From the human T2T-CHM13v2.0 reference genome, Homo sapiens, in the NCBI RefSeq assembly GCF_009914755.1, contig NC_060928.1: DNA of 64,000 bases; one strand, given 5' to 3'. Below the pieces are notes generated by a model. It saw nothing but the letters and a program-made list of their open reading frames with translations, did not search any database and was not told the DNA's origin. A program made the translations under genes and the position numbers. Below, piece after piece: positions 1-12,904 of this stretch. Position 1 is the stretch's first letter. Each line of letters starts with the position of its first letter.

Positions 1-1879
1 AAAACTCTTAGATTTTACTTTGTTGGAAACAGGAGCCAATAATGTTTGTGGATCTGATGATTAGAAAGTCCTCTCAGGTCTTGGAAAACATGACCAGATC
101 CTGTGCTTGTAGACTCATGTGTTTATGATACCTCTATTTGGTGCCACTCCCTGAAGTTGTACCCCAATCCCACCCACACCTCCTTTCTTAAAGGCAGTCT
201 TTTCCACATGTTTTGAGGCCTGGAGAACAAAGGTGATGCGAGCTTAAAAAAAAATTAAACCAAAATTATTTCTCACCCAGTTACATGCTACAAACCAGCT
301 TTCCTAGGTTTGCTCACACAAACTCCAAAAAAGTAATGGGGTAAGGGGAAGAGGTTTACAAGGTCAGAAGAAAACATCAAACCACATGAGACTTGATTCA
401 CTTCCATGGAACTGGTTTTGCTCCCCTGCTACAATATCCTGTAAAATTGTAAATAAAGCATTGGAACTAACAAATCAATCACAAAGGGACCTTCCTGCTG
501 CCAACCCATCCTCTGGAGAACGAAATCCTGAGGGCAGATTTAGGGAATTGAAATCAGAATCTGTGCAGTTGCCAAAGTGCCCTGCCTTGGCCTGCCAAGT
601 TAAATGTGAACTTTTGTGAACTTTCTTTGCAGCAGTTAGAATCAGCTTCTTTTGTGCAATGCAATTCCAATTTATGGCATTATTGAAGATAGGGTTTCAG
701 GGAAATACACCAGGCCAGTGCATTTGTTTGGCCCATGAAGCTTAATTGCCAATGTTAAATCTATGGCCCTGGCAATCTTCTCTGATTAAAAAGCCACTGG
801 GAGCCCAGTTTGGGGCCACTCTTCTTTATTACTGTTCTTCTGTAGAAAGTCGAAGTATTCATCCCATCGTGGGAGTTAAAAGCCCAAGTCAATTATTAAT
901 TGCATTTGTTTTCTTTCTGAATTAACCCATGTGACCCGTGGCATTTGCACCTTGTGTTAACCATTAGACACACAAATGAGCCCTGTATTTATTTGGGTGG
1001 CAGAGTTCTAATGCCTGTTGTTTACTTTATAGTGAGGGAACTGTGCAATCAGTAGGACTTTTCCAGGAAGAGAAACAGGGGTCCTGCCTTCCGTCCTCTG
1101 GTTTGAGGAAGCAGCTCTGTTTGCCTCTCTTTGCTCCCTTACTCAGGCTGCTCACAGCGAAGCCTTTCAGTGTCTGATATAAAAGTCCCTTTGATTGTGC
1201 GGTGGCCACAGGGTCTGGCTGTGGGTCTGGGTGGCTTGCAGGCGCATCACTAACCAAAACTAGATCCAGCAGAGGCGGCTTCACACTTCTCATGAATTCC
1301 GGCATCTTTTTTGTGTTAAAGATCTACTTTTCTTACAGCAAATATTATGTATGTTTTTACTCTTTGAACTCTTTCCATACTTAATGGAGGTGGAGGCGGG
1401 GCAGTTTGTAGATGTACTCTTGCCAAGTTATTAGTTTTAGATAAAGTCATCTCAGGTTTGAGCAAGAAAATGAAAGCCTCTGATTATCAGATTCTCTGGA
1501 ACTTCTCTTCCTGCCAGAAACAATGTTGAGTCTGGCCCTCTCTCTCCCAGCTGCTTTCATTGTATTGCCTGAAATGGTATTTTTTAACTGTTTCTAATGC
1601 CAGTGAAACGAGGCATTAGAGGAGGAGAAGGGGAGTGGTTGGGTGGCACGCTTAGTTCATAATTGTCTGGGTTAGGAAAGAATCTCTTAATGAGAATTGG
1701 ATGGGGAATTAGGATCCTGTGGTGGGGGGCAGGGGTTTGTATTTGTGTGGGAAAGGAGTTAAAGACTTTGTTTTATTTCATTGCTTCAATTTGCTTTGGG
1801 TTGTTATTTAGTTTCTTTTGAGATTTACATAACATTAAATGAGGATGTGGCTTTTTAAAATGTTTTTTGAAAATGAGCC

Positions 1880-2232
1880 TGTCTTAATCCATTCAGGCTA
1901 CTAGCATAGAATGCTATAAACTAGGTAGCTTATGAACAATAGAAACTTATTTCTGACAGCTCTTGAGGCTGAGAAGTCAAAGATCATGTTTCCGGCAGGT
2001 TCCATGTCTGGTGAGGTTCTCCTTCCTGGTTCACAGATGGTTGTCCTTACGTGAGGGAAGGGTAATGGAGCTCTCTGGGGTCTATCTTTTATATGGGCAC
2101 TAATCTCATTCATGAAGGCCCCATCCTCATGATCTCATCACCTTTCAAAAGACCCACCTTCAAATACAATCATGAAAGGAACAGGTTTCCACATATGACT
2201 TTTGGGGGAACACAAATATTCCGTCTATAGCA
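1880..2232 (-). mobile_element. MaLR LTR (MLT1A0-like), 3' LTR
   Basis: TGTCTTAATCCATTCAGGCT...GGGGGAACACAAATATTCCGTCTATAGCA matches the reverse complement of the MLT1A0 LTR; TG...CA termini. Confidence 0.85.
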
Positions 2233-3052
<820 letters not shown>

Positions 3053-3070
3053 TTGGAATGCCAGATTCTT

Positions 3071-4316
<1,246 letters not shown>

Positions 4317-4515
4317 CTCCATGAGGTCCACAGAGAAACACCTGGAATGGCATTACAGGCTGATGACTCCCGAGGCAGCTGTCAGAGTCTAAGAAATGAC
4401 TGAAAAGATCAAGGAACACATGCGTAGTGTGAACCCAGATGGAAATTAAGTACTTCTCTATTTTCTTCAGTGAATAGTTCAGCAGTTTTGTTTTATTTTC
4501 TCAAGAGAATGAGTT

Positions 4516-4809
4516 GGTCAGGCACGGTGGCTCACGCTTGTAATCCCAGCACTTTAGGAGGCTGAGGCGAATGGATCACCCGAGGTCAGGAGTTCGAGAC
4601 CAGCCTGGCCAACATGGTGAAACCCCATCTCTACTAAAAATGCAAAAATTAGCTGGGCATGGTGGCAGGCACCTGTAATCCCAGCTACTGGGGAGACTGA
4701 GGCAGGAGAACCACTCGAACCTGGGAGGCGAGGTTGCAGTGAGCCAAGACGGTGTCACTGTACTCCATCCTGGACGACAGAGCAAGACTCCATCTCAAAA
4801 AAAAGAGAG
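4516..4809 (+). mobile_element. Alu (S-type)
   Basis: Full dimer; TSD AGAGAATGAGTT at 4504-4515 and 4810-4821. Confidence 0.95.
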
Positions 4810-5307
4810 AGAGAATGAGTTAACTTCAGTGGCTCATCAAGTTAGTGTTTTCTTATAGTAGCTCAATAACTCATGCCACTTACATATTTCTGTGTGTGTA
4901 AAATCCTAACAAGCTTTCCCAGTTCCCTACTGTGTCCCAGTCAACAACCATTTCATATTTTAGCTTGGTTAGACATACAATCAATCTTACTGTTGGCTAC
5001 AATCCTGATATGACCTACGCTCTCTAATCAAGAGGCTGACAATCTGTTCTGGACACCACAAAGAAGAGCCAATATTCTCATTCTCATGAGGTTCCAAACA
5101 CCGTTTTGGAGCTTTGGCTCAGGATCTCTAATTTGCATTTCACGTTTGTTGGGGATTCTCATGTTCTTTACAACAATCAGAGCAATAACAATTTTTAAAA
5201 CCCTTGAAGATTATTTCAGAAAACCAATTATTAAATATCTTATTAGGGATCTTGGATGTATGGAAATCTTATATGTATTTACACCTAAAAACTGAAGATG
5301 ATGAATT

Positions 5308-5397
5308 TAATATACTTATCTAAGTTAGCTTATCTATATACTTATCTAAGTTAGCTTATATATATACTTATCTAAGTTAGCTTAGATAAGTATATTA
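5308..5397. repeat. 26-bp tandem repeat (about 3 copies) ending in an inverted arm
   Basis: TATACTTATCTAAGTTAGCTTA at 5311, 5337 and 5363, followed by the reverse-complement arm CTTAGATAAGTATA at 5381-5394. Confidence 0.9.
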
Positions 5398-5432
5398 TCT
5401 CAACTCAAACTCAACTAAAATTATAGCAAAAA

Positions 5433-5709
5433 CTTTTTTATTTTTATTTTTTTTTGGCTGGAGTGCAGTGGCACAATCCTAGCTCACTGCAACCTCTGCC
5501 TCCTGCGTTCAAGCGATTCTCCTGCCTCAGCCTCTTGAGTAGCTGGGATTACAGGCACGCACTACCACGCCCAGCTAACTTTGTATATTTGGTAGAGATG
5601 GGATTTCACCATGTTAGCCAGGCTGATCTCGAACTCCCGACCTCTGGTGATCTGCCCACCTCGGCCTCCCAAAGTGCTGGGATTATAGGCATGAGCCACC
5701 ATGCCTGGC
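5433..5709 (-). mobile_element. Alu lacking its 3'-terminal ~25 nt
   Basis: Poly-T joins directly to GGCTGGAGTGCAGTGG; TSD GCAAAAACTTTTTT on both sides. Confidence 0.9.
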
Positions 5710-6439
5710 TGCAAAAACTTTTTTTTTAAAGCATAAACTCATAAGGACAGGGAGAACAGGAGAGGAGATAGCAGCAACATAATTTTGAAAGCTGGACGAG
5801 AGATGGACACATAGTAACTGCCTCAGTGGATCGGAAGAAGCCATAGCTTATGGTGCCAGTGAGGACAGAGGCTAACTTGCCTGCCCAGAAGGTGTGAGTA
5901 CTTCTGGAACTGTGGGTGGAGGGGGAGCTAATATAAGAAGCAACTGAAATGAACGTTGCTTGAGAAATCATTAGATCTCTAGATCACCTTCCCCCAATCC
6001 ACGCCACTGAGGGTTTATTTCTCATATGGCTGAAAGACATTGTGAGGTTTATTATTGTTATTATTTTAAGAGAAAAGGTATACAAACTTATCAACATGTA
6101 CTTGGGGAGAACCACAGAGTGATTACTCCTGGAGGGTTTTTCTCTGGAAAAACAAGGGATCTCTGTTTGGGAGACACCAGGTAGATGGGTGCCCTGTCCA
6201 ACATAAGGCAATTGACTGCATGCAAATTGAACACTGATGGTACAGATTCCCCCCCAAATTGGCAGGAGATGCTTTAAGCAAGGCCCAAATGGTAAACGAA
6301 AAATAAGCAAAATTAGACTCCAGTGAATGAGCCTCTGTAATCAGCAGGGACTTGGGTCTTGACAAGGTGATATTCACAATGTCTTCAATCAGCAAGGGCA
6401 TTAACAAATCAGAAAGATGCCAGATATAGACAATTGACA

Positions 6440-6510
6440 AGGCCATACCCAGACCTACATTGTGTGGTTGTGCAGGCTGTGCACTGCACAATTGTAGGCA
6501 GCAGTCCTGG
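6440..6510. mobile_element. MER91-like hAT-Tip100 MITE fragment
   Basis: GGTTGTGCAGGCTGTGCACTGCACAA motif typical of MER91 termini. Confidence 0.55.
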
Positions 6511-7548
6511 CCAAATCAGAGCATATAAGCTGAATATTAGTTTTAGGTTTAGGTGATCTGTCCTTACTTCTAATTTGACTTGAATTTCTTACAGGTAGGG
6601 CCTAGGATATTGTCAGGATTATGTCTTTTGTGATTGGTTATTCCAAGATTGGGAACACAGGCCCCAGAGCATGGTCACCCTGCTAGTCTATTTTTTCCCT
6701 GTGGCATTTCATATTAGTCAATTGATTTTGGACTCATAATTGTTAATGAAATAAGCACAAGAAGCAGTTCCTGGTGAGGAAAGAAAAATAAATATTCCAA
6801 GCCCGTCTCCAAATCAGTGTAGTAGAAAATTGATGTTAATTGAAAACACTTTAACTCAGCAAAACTCACAAACACAATTTTTTTTCCAAAGTGTTTGCTA
6901 AATTAATTATTCTAACATTTATCCTAGGTTCTTAAAAGCAATATTGTTTGCACATGAGTGATCTAATGTGCAACTTTCCTTTGCTTGACAGGATCGGGGG
7001 AGGAAGAAGAGAGACGGGTGGACCTAGAATTCTCATATAAAAAGGCATCTAGCTCTTCCCTTCCTAATTACCTGAGTGCTCACTCTGAACTGCTCACCTG
7101 ATGTTAATGAACATCAGGCTTGTCTGAGAAAATGCCAGCCTTTAATTAACGGGGCTGATTTATTTAGCTGAAGTCTGAATTTAGGCAAAGGTTAAAAGAA
7201 GTCACAGTTAGAACCTACTGCCTGATAGAACTTTCAAGCCTCCTGGAATTTTGCATTGCAATTGTGTCTTCTTAATTTATTGCCACTGAGCGATCCAGAA
7301 AGTTAATGTGCTCATTTGTATAAACAGCGTAGCTGTAAATCATTCACTAGTTCCCTAACTGGTCTTCATGGAGGTACAAAAGGAAATGCTTTTAGGTTGG
7401 TGGCCTCTCATTTCTGTCCTTTGCGGCCACCTGGATTTCCACAGAAGTTTTGCTCTCTTGGGTCCCTCTTGGGTCTCCTGTGCTCTGAGTGCATGCTTTT
7501 GGGCCAGGTTCAAACCAGGTTTGATGCTGCTACCTGCTGTTTCTTTAG

Positions 7549-7658
7549 GTGCAGCAGTGGGTGCGGCCGCAAACAAAAACAATTTCATCCTGATGAACCA
7601 GATGGTTGGGACTGGTGTCAGCAGGGCGGGTCCCTGCTTGCTCTTACTCAAGCCCAAG
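7549..7658 (+). other. Candidate 110-nt internal exon (likely non-coding)
   Basis: Acceptor CTGCTGTTTCTTTAG/G (AG 7547-7548) and donor AAG/GTAAGA (GT 7659-7660) in unique sequence; splice signals only. Confidence 0.3.
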
Positions 7659-8424
7659 GTAAGAGCCTGGAGTCACACTCTTTATCTCTGGCTCCTGACC
7701 TGGGGTCAGAGCGCCAATAAACCAGGCCGTTTCAGACATGCCTCGTGATATGTCTGGGCGCTGGACTGTGGGATGTGGTCCTGGAAAAAGCAGATGTTGG
7801 TCATCATCCGGCAGTGACTGAGGCTCAATTTTCTTTCTTGGAAAAATCTGAAGGGGTTGTGGGATTCAATCCCTGGTGAGTTAGAAAAGACTTCCCTGTG
7901 ACAGATGACCCCATACTCATGTGAATTTTCCTAGGCCGATATTCTTACTCTCAAACTCTCATTAACCTCCAAGCTAGCTCTATCCTTCTTCCAATGCTGC
8001 TGTGCTCTGCAATCATGCTTGTGGCTGAGGGCACTCCTGGGGGCCAACAGGTATCGGAGGCCCATCTGCAAGTCCCTCCCACTTGTCCAGGCCCCTGGTC
8101 TTGGCTTTCGGAGAAGCTCTCACCTGGCCGGGCATGTGTGACCCAGATGAAAGAATTACAGAGCAGCTTCCACAAATTCCCAGTAACCCAGGCCTAGATA
8201 TTAAAATTCAGTTTCAAACAGAGTTCTAAGACAATAAACAAAGGTCCGGTATGTCTCTGCCACACACCAGTCCGGGGTAGATTTCCCAAGCATTTACCCC
8301 GGAAGGAACCTTTCTCAAGGCAGAAGCCTTATCTATTCTGGAAACCTGGCTTTCAGTTCCATGCAATGCATATAAACCTGCTCCTACAAGAAGGGGCTGC
8401 ATCAGACAGATATTAGTTTCTCTC

Positions 8425-8565
8425 TTCTACTTCCTAGCTGTGTGACCTTGGAGGAATTACTTAAACTTTCTGAGTTCCAATTTCCTTACTTATTAAGTGG
8501 GCTAATAGCACCTATCCTGGAGGGTTGGGTTGTTGGAAGAATTAAATGAGATAGTATGTCAAGTG
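8425..8565 (+). mobile_element. MIR
   Basis: CTAGCTGTGTGACCTTGG...TTACTTAAACTTTCTGAG...ATTAAATGAGATA core. Confidence 0.8.
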
Positions 8566-8816
8566 TGGGTGAAGAGAAGCATTTCAGTACTTGGAAAAGC
8601 TGTAGCATCTACTTAATGTGTGCTATCAGTGGACTAACTAGGCACTGGGGTACACCCAGGAAAAGGCACAACACAGCTTATGGCCCCGTGGGGAAGTCGG
8701 ACCCGTGAACAGATCATTTCACATGTCATGAGGGTTTGGGGAGCAGAAACCCAGAGGCACGCAGATGGTGCTAGAGGAGCTCATGTGAGTCCAGCTGAAA
8801 TCTGGTACTACTTGAA

Positions 8817-9440
8817 TTTCTTTGTTTCTTTTGTTTGTAATTGCCTGATAGTAACGTGTTTTCTGGCCACAGTTGGAGTCATGGGTGTAACTAGGTGGGG
8901 CAGATGAGGCCAAAGGCCAGGTGCAGCCTGGGGAAGAGGTGTGGGGGTGAGGTAAGGTGTGGTGTACAGGGCCTTGCCCTACCATAAGCAGCCTACAGGG
9001 ATGCTACTTCCTGGAGAGGCAAAACCTCATCATCAACATCGGCCAAGATGGACCATGACACTACTTAATCTCTCTTTATCTAGCCAGGGCTGACGAGGTA
9101 GTCTGCAACGCGAGATGCCTGCAATTGCACCAGTTGCTGAACAGCTCTTCCTCCTCTTCCCCACGCACTCAGGCTCCTTGTAGTACCTCTTCTTGGTGAT
9201 AGTCATAGAAACCATCTTGCAGTCATAGCCACTTTTCATGGGCATCTTTTACCTCTAGTTGTTTTTGAGGATGTTCAAGCTGTTAGTGACTTTAACCTCT
9301 CAGCAAACCTCAAACTCCGGGCCCAGTGAAATGGGTGGCCAACATGGATGTGATGTATTTCATCAAGTCTTCAGCCATTCTTGGGTTCAACAATAAACTC
9401 ACCAGCCTGGCCCTGGAAGCTGCCCACAACGTATCCCCTA
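8817..9440 (-). pseudogene. Candidate decayed processed pseudogene, parent not recognised
   Basis: The minus strand has codon-like runs broken by stops and frameshifts (MAEDLMKYITSMLATHF; KMPMKSGYDCKMVSMTITKKRYYKEPE; EEEEELFSNWCNC; ADYLVSPG) and a degenerate A-rich tract at 8817-8838; no repeat family recognised. Confidence 0.35.
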
Positions 9441-9674
9441 CCAAGTTTCCCATTATATCTCTCCAGGTTTCACATCCTATTCTATTCAGCCACGGTGCCT
9501 TTGTTCTTTCTGTCTGAAATGTTCTCTATCCCCTCGGATTGGATGCAGTCTTTTGGCAAATTTTGGGCACCTCTCTCAAAATATATATGTTGTCTTTGCT
9601 TATAGTTATGTGAGCACTCATCTCCTCTCTTCTGCAAGATGGCCAGCTAATGAGGTGACGGTGAGGACCATACC

Positions 9675-9740
9675 TTACTCCCAGTTGTATTCCCCGTGCC
9701 TTACACATCGAGTGTGCTCAATAAATACTTGTTGAACTGA
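9675..9740 (+). mobile_element. L2 3' terminus
   Basis: GTGCTCAATAAATACTTGTTGAA. Confidence 0.6.
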
Positions 9741-10223
9741 GGATGTTAACAGAATGTGGTTAAACATGCACAGTGCACCAGATGGTGACTGGAAGGGAAG
9801 GGAATCTAAAGCCCCAGTCCTAGGTTTCATAAGTCTTCCAGACTTGCCTTGGTCTTAGGTTGCAAACATTAAACTCATTTTGAGCCTTCATAGTGTTTAA
9901 ACAAGAACTTGCCCTTGATGTGGCTAAATTAACATCAGAAATGGATAATGAGCAATAGAAAATAAGGTGTCTGTGGGTAGCTGTGATTAGTAATATTCTC
10001 TGTTGAAGGACAGGTCCTGGGTATCTGGGGTTTTTGCAGGCACTTTATATGACACATAGATGTAAGTTTTGTTCAGACAGCTCCCCCCACCCAACTGGTG
10101 GCCCTACAGATATCCTGGATGAATTAGTGAAAGTCATCACCTAGTAGAACAATAATTCAGTTCAAAGTCCAAGAAAAACATCACAGGGTTGGTTTGAAAT
10201 CTAACTCTGTAGGAGACTAGACT

Positions 10224-10627
10224 AGTCAGTTATTATTGTGATGATGCTGTGTAACAAACAACCTCAAAGTCCCAGTAGCCTTCAATAACAAATGTGCACT
10301 GTTTGTTCATGTGTTCATCAGTGGGTATGGGTTAGGTGCAGTGGCTCGGGGCTGCCTCTGTCTGTCTTCTTATTTTGGGATCCAGCCTATAGGGACACCC
10401 CCATCAACAAACAATGTTCTCATGTTAAAAAGAAGGAGTTCAAGAGAGCTGGCAAGTACTCGCAACACCTCTTCAAGGCTTCACTTGAAACTGGCATGTT
10501 ATCATTTCTGCTCACATTTTATGGGCCAAAGTATTTTACATAGTCAGGTCCTAAATCAATGGGGCAGGGAAGAGGAGAGTGAGACGGGAGAGGGAATATT
10601 TGTGAAATGATAATTCAATCTACTACA
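10224..10627 (-). mobile_element. MaLR LTR (MLT1I/J-like)
   Basis: AGTCAGTTATTATTG...GTGTAACAAACAACCTCAAA...GGCCAAAG...ATAATTCAATCTACTACA. Confidence 0.75.
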
Positions 10628-11183
10628 AAGACACTTAGAATATTTTATTCCTTCTACTGATAGAACTATGGATTCCTTGAAGAAAGAGCGCAGCTCCTTG
10701 TTTCTTGCCTGGTACATTATTGACACTCTGTACATATTTGTTGAATGAATGATTGGCTTTCCATGGCTCAGTTTAACTAAGTGCATAATATTCATGGAGA
10801 AGGTGCTTCCTTGTAGAAACAGAGATCATATGGAGATTGTAGATCACTGGAAGTTCCAATCCTAGTCAAGTCAAATAAATGCTGCTGTCCCCTGTGGTGG
10901 GGCTGTCAGGGCAGCCAGAGTCATCCTCGGGAAAACCTGTGGGTGAACAAATGTAAAGAGGCCATTTGGGTGGCTCCCCACCCACTGCCACACCCAGCAC
11001 AGGCCAGGCAGTGGATGGAGAGTAAATAGGAGGTTTCATCTGGCGAGACTTCCACCACCTGGTAAAGTAGGATGGCTGTGCCCTTCAGAGGGAAGCTTGT
11101 TATATAAGTTTAACCTTAACAAAGTGGGTAGCTGAAGAGGGGATATTTCTATGCTAGGAACAAGCTCCTTTTAAGAGGAATTA

Positions 11184-11361
<178 letters not shown>

Positions 11362-11394
11362 GGAAGTTGTACTTTGGAATTGAGCAGGCCTGCC

Positions 11395-11610
11395 TTGGAG
11401 TCCCAGCTCTACCACTTGCTGTGCGACCTTGGGCAGGCCACTGCACCTGCACCTCTCTCAGACTCAGTTTCCTTGACTGTAAACTGGGAAGAATGAGAAT
11501 ATTTACTTCAAGGTCTCCTATAGGAATTCAGTGAGCTGATGCATACAAAATTCTCAATACACTGCCCAGTATGTGGAGAACATAGTAATCGGAAGCTATT
11601 ATTACTATTT
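11395..11610 (+). mobile_element. MIR
   Basis: TCCCAGCTCTACCACTTGCTGTGCGACCTTGGGCAGG...CTCAGTTTCCTTGACTGTAAA...AGCTATTATTA. Confidence 0.85.
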
Positions 11611-12589
11611 TCAACATCATTATCTTAAACATATTGACTGAATTTCAAATGTTATAAAAACTTCATGACACAATTCCCCAGGAAAACATCTGTTTTTCAA
11701 GGCAAGGACCTCCTTTAGCTCTTCTTAGGAAGAGTGAGAAGCAAAAATGTTACAAAGGGAAGCACAAAGGGAGAGTACAGAAGAAAGAAAAGGAAGGGGA
11801 CTGATCTTGAGGCATCTGAAGAAAAGTTAATAAGAATTGACTGGAAAAGAACTCTTGAGTTTTGAGAGTTGGTGGAGGAGACAGAGAAAGTCCAGAGCTT
11901 ATGTTAGGAATTGGGATTTAAGGGACCAGAACCAAGAGAGGGGCTCCTTTGTGGGATACAGAAAACCAGAGGATAAGCTCAAACATACTCACTGGGAATA
12001 AACAAGAGTTGAAAGCCTGGAAAGTTTAGAAGAAGCACCAATTTCATGGGTCCAGAGGTGGTGGTGGTAAAGGTAGCCATGTCCAAGGTGTAAACTCTAG
12101 AAGAAATTGGCTAGGAGTGAGACCATGTCAGGGAGGAAAAGGGGTCCTGGGTGGTACATGTGAGCATCTTGGGACATGCACAGCTTGCCTAACAGGCTGG
12201 GATGGGTCAGGTGTGTGAAGACAACAGCCTTGGGAAGAGCAGAGGCAGGGCAGATGGCATGAAGGTGACAACACTGCTTCAGCCATGCCAAGATTGAAGG
12301 GACTGTTGGGTGCTGGGGGCAAGCCTTTGATTACAAGGACATGAAGGTTCCCCTCCCTTTCAAAATGTTCCTTTTCTTAGGAACAACTGCCTTCCTATTT
12401 TCTTGGATTTCCACAAAAATAGGATATCATGGAATATTACTTTAAGCCCCCAGCAAAAAATAGACACTTTCACCCATTTGAAATGCATATAATAAAAGGC
12501 ACTCTTTTTGCAAAAAGCTGTGCCTCTTCAGAACATTCTGGGTCACTAGTTTCACAGCTTCTGCACATTCTCACAGCACAGAGCATGTC

Positions 12590-12678
12590 TGCTTTGCTCA
12601 TAGATGTGTGCTCCGTGTCTAGCTCAAGTGTCTGGCGCATAGGAGGCGCTTGATAAATATTTGTTAAATGAATAAATG
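12590..12678 (+). mobile_element. L2 3' terminus
   Basis: GTGTCTGGCGCATAGGAGGCGCTTGATAAATATTTGTTAAATGAATAAAT. Confidence 0.7.
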
Positions 12679-12904
12679 GAAAATTCTGAAACATCTGAAA
12701 TAACTCTTGTTAAAAGAGTTTCTAAGTCTTTTATATTAACAAATGTGAGAGCTCCAAAAGAACTAAACATTTGTGGATCTGAGAGAAGGATGGGAGGCAG
12801 ATTAGGGGTAACTGCAGTTTGTCTGGAGGCAGAGGTGATGGGCTTGGACTGTGTGCAGCCCAGCCCTGTGGTGGCATTATCCTAGAGCTGGTCATATTAT
12901 ATGG

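Noticed and set aside
1264-1280. CTCF-like CCAGCAGAGGCGGC
   Set aside because: Mismatches at the near-invariant GGC positions.
5308-5397. CRISPR-like direct repeats
   Set aside because: No unique spacers, eukaryotic context, no cas genes; it is a tandem repeat.
6210-6228. Octamer ATGCAAAT as a SOX-OCT composite
   Set aside because: The adjacent sequence does not form a correctly spaced SOX site; a lone 8-mer is expected by chance.
9033-9378. Resemblance of the relic to MRPS21 (RYYKEP versus RYYEKP), and weaker echoes of SET/TSPYL, MORF4L1 and GAPDH
   Set aside because: Spacing between the apparent anchors does not match and nucleotide similarity is not evident, so no gene symbol was assigned.
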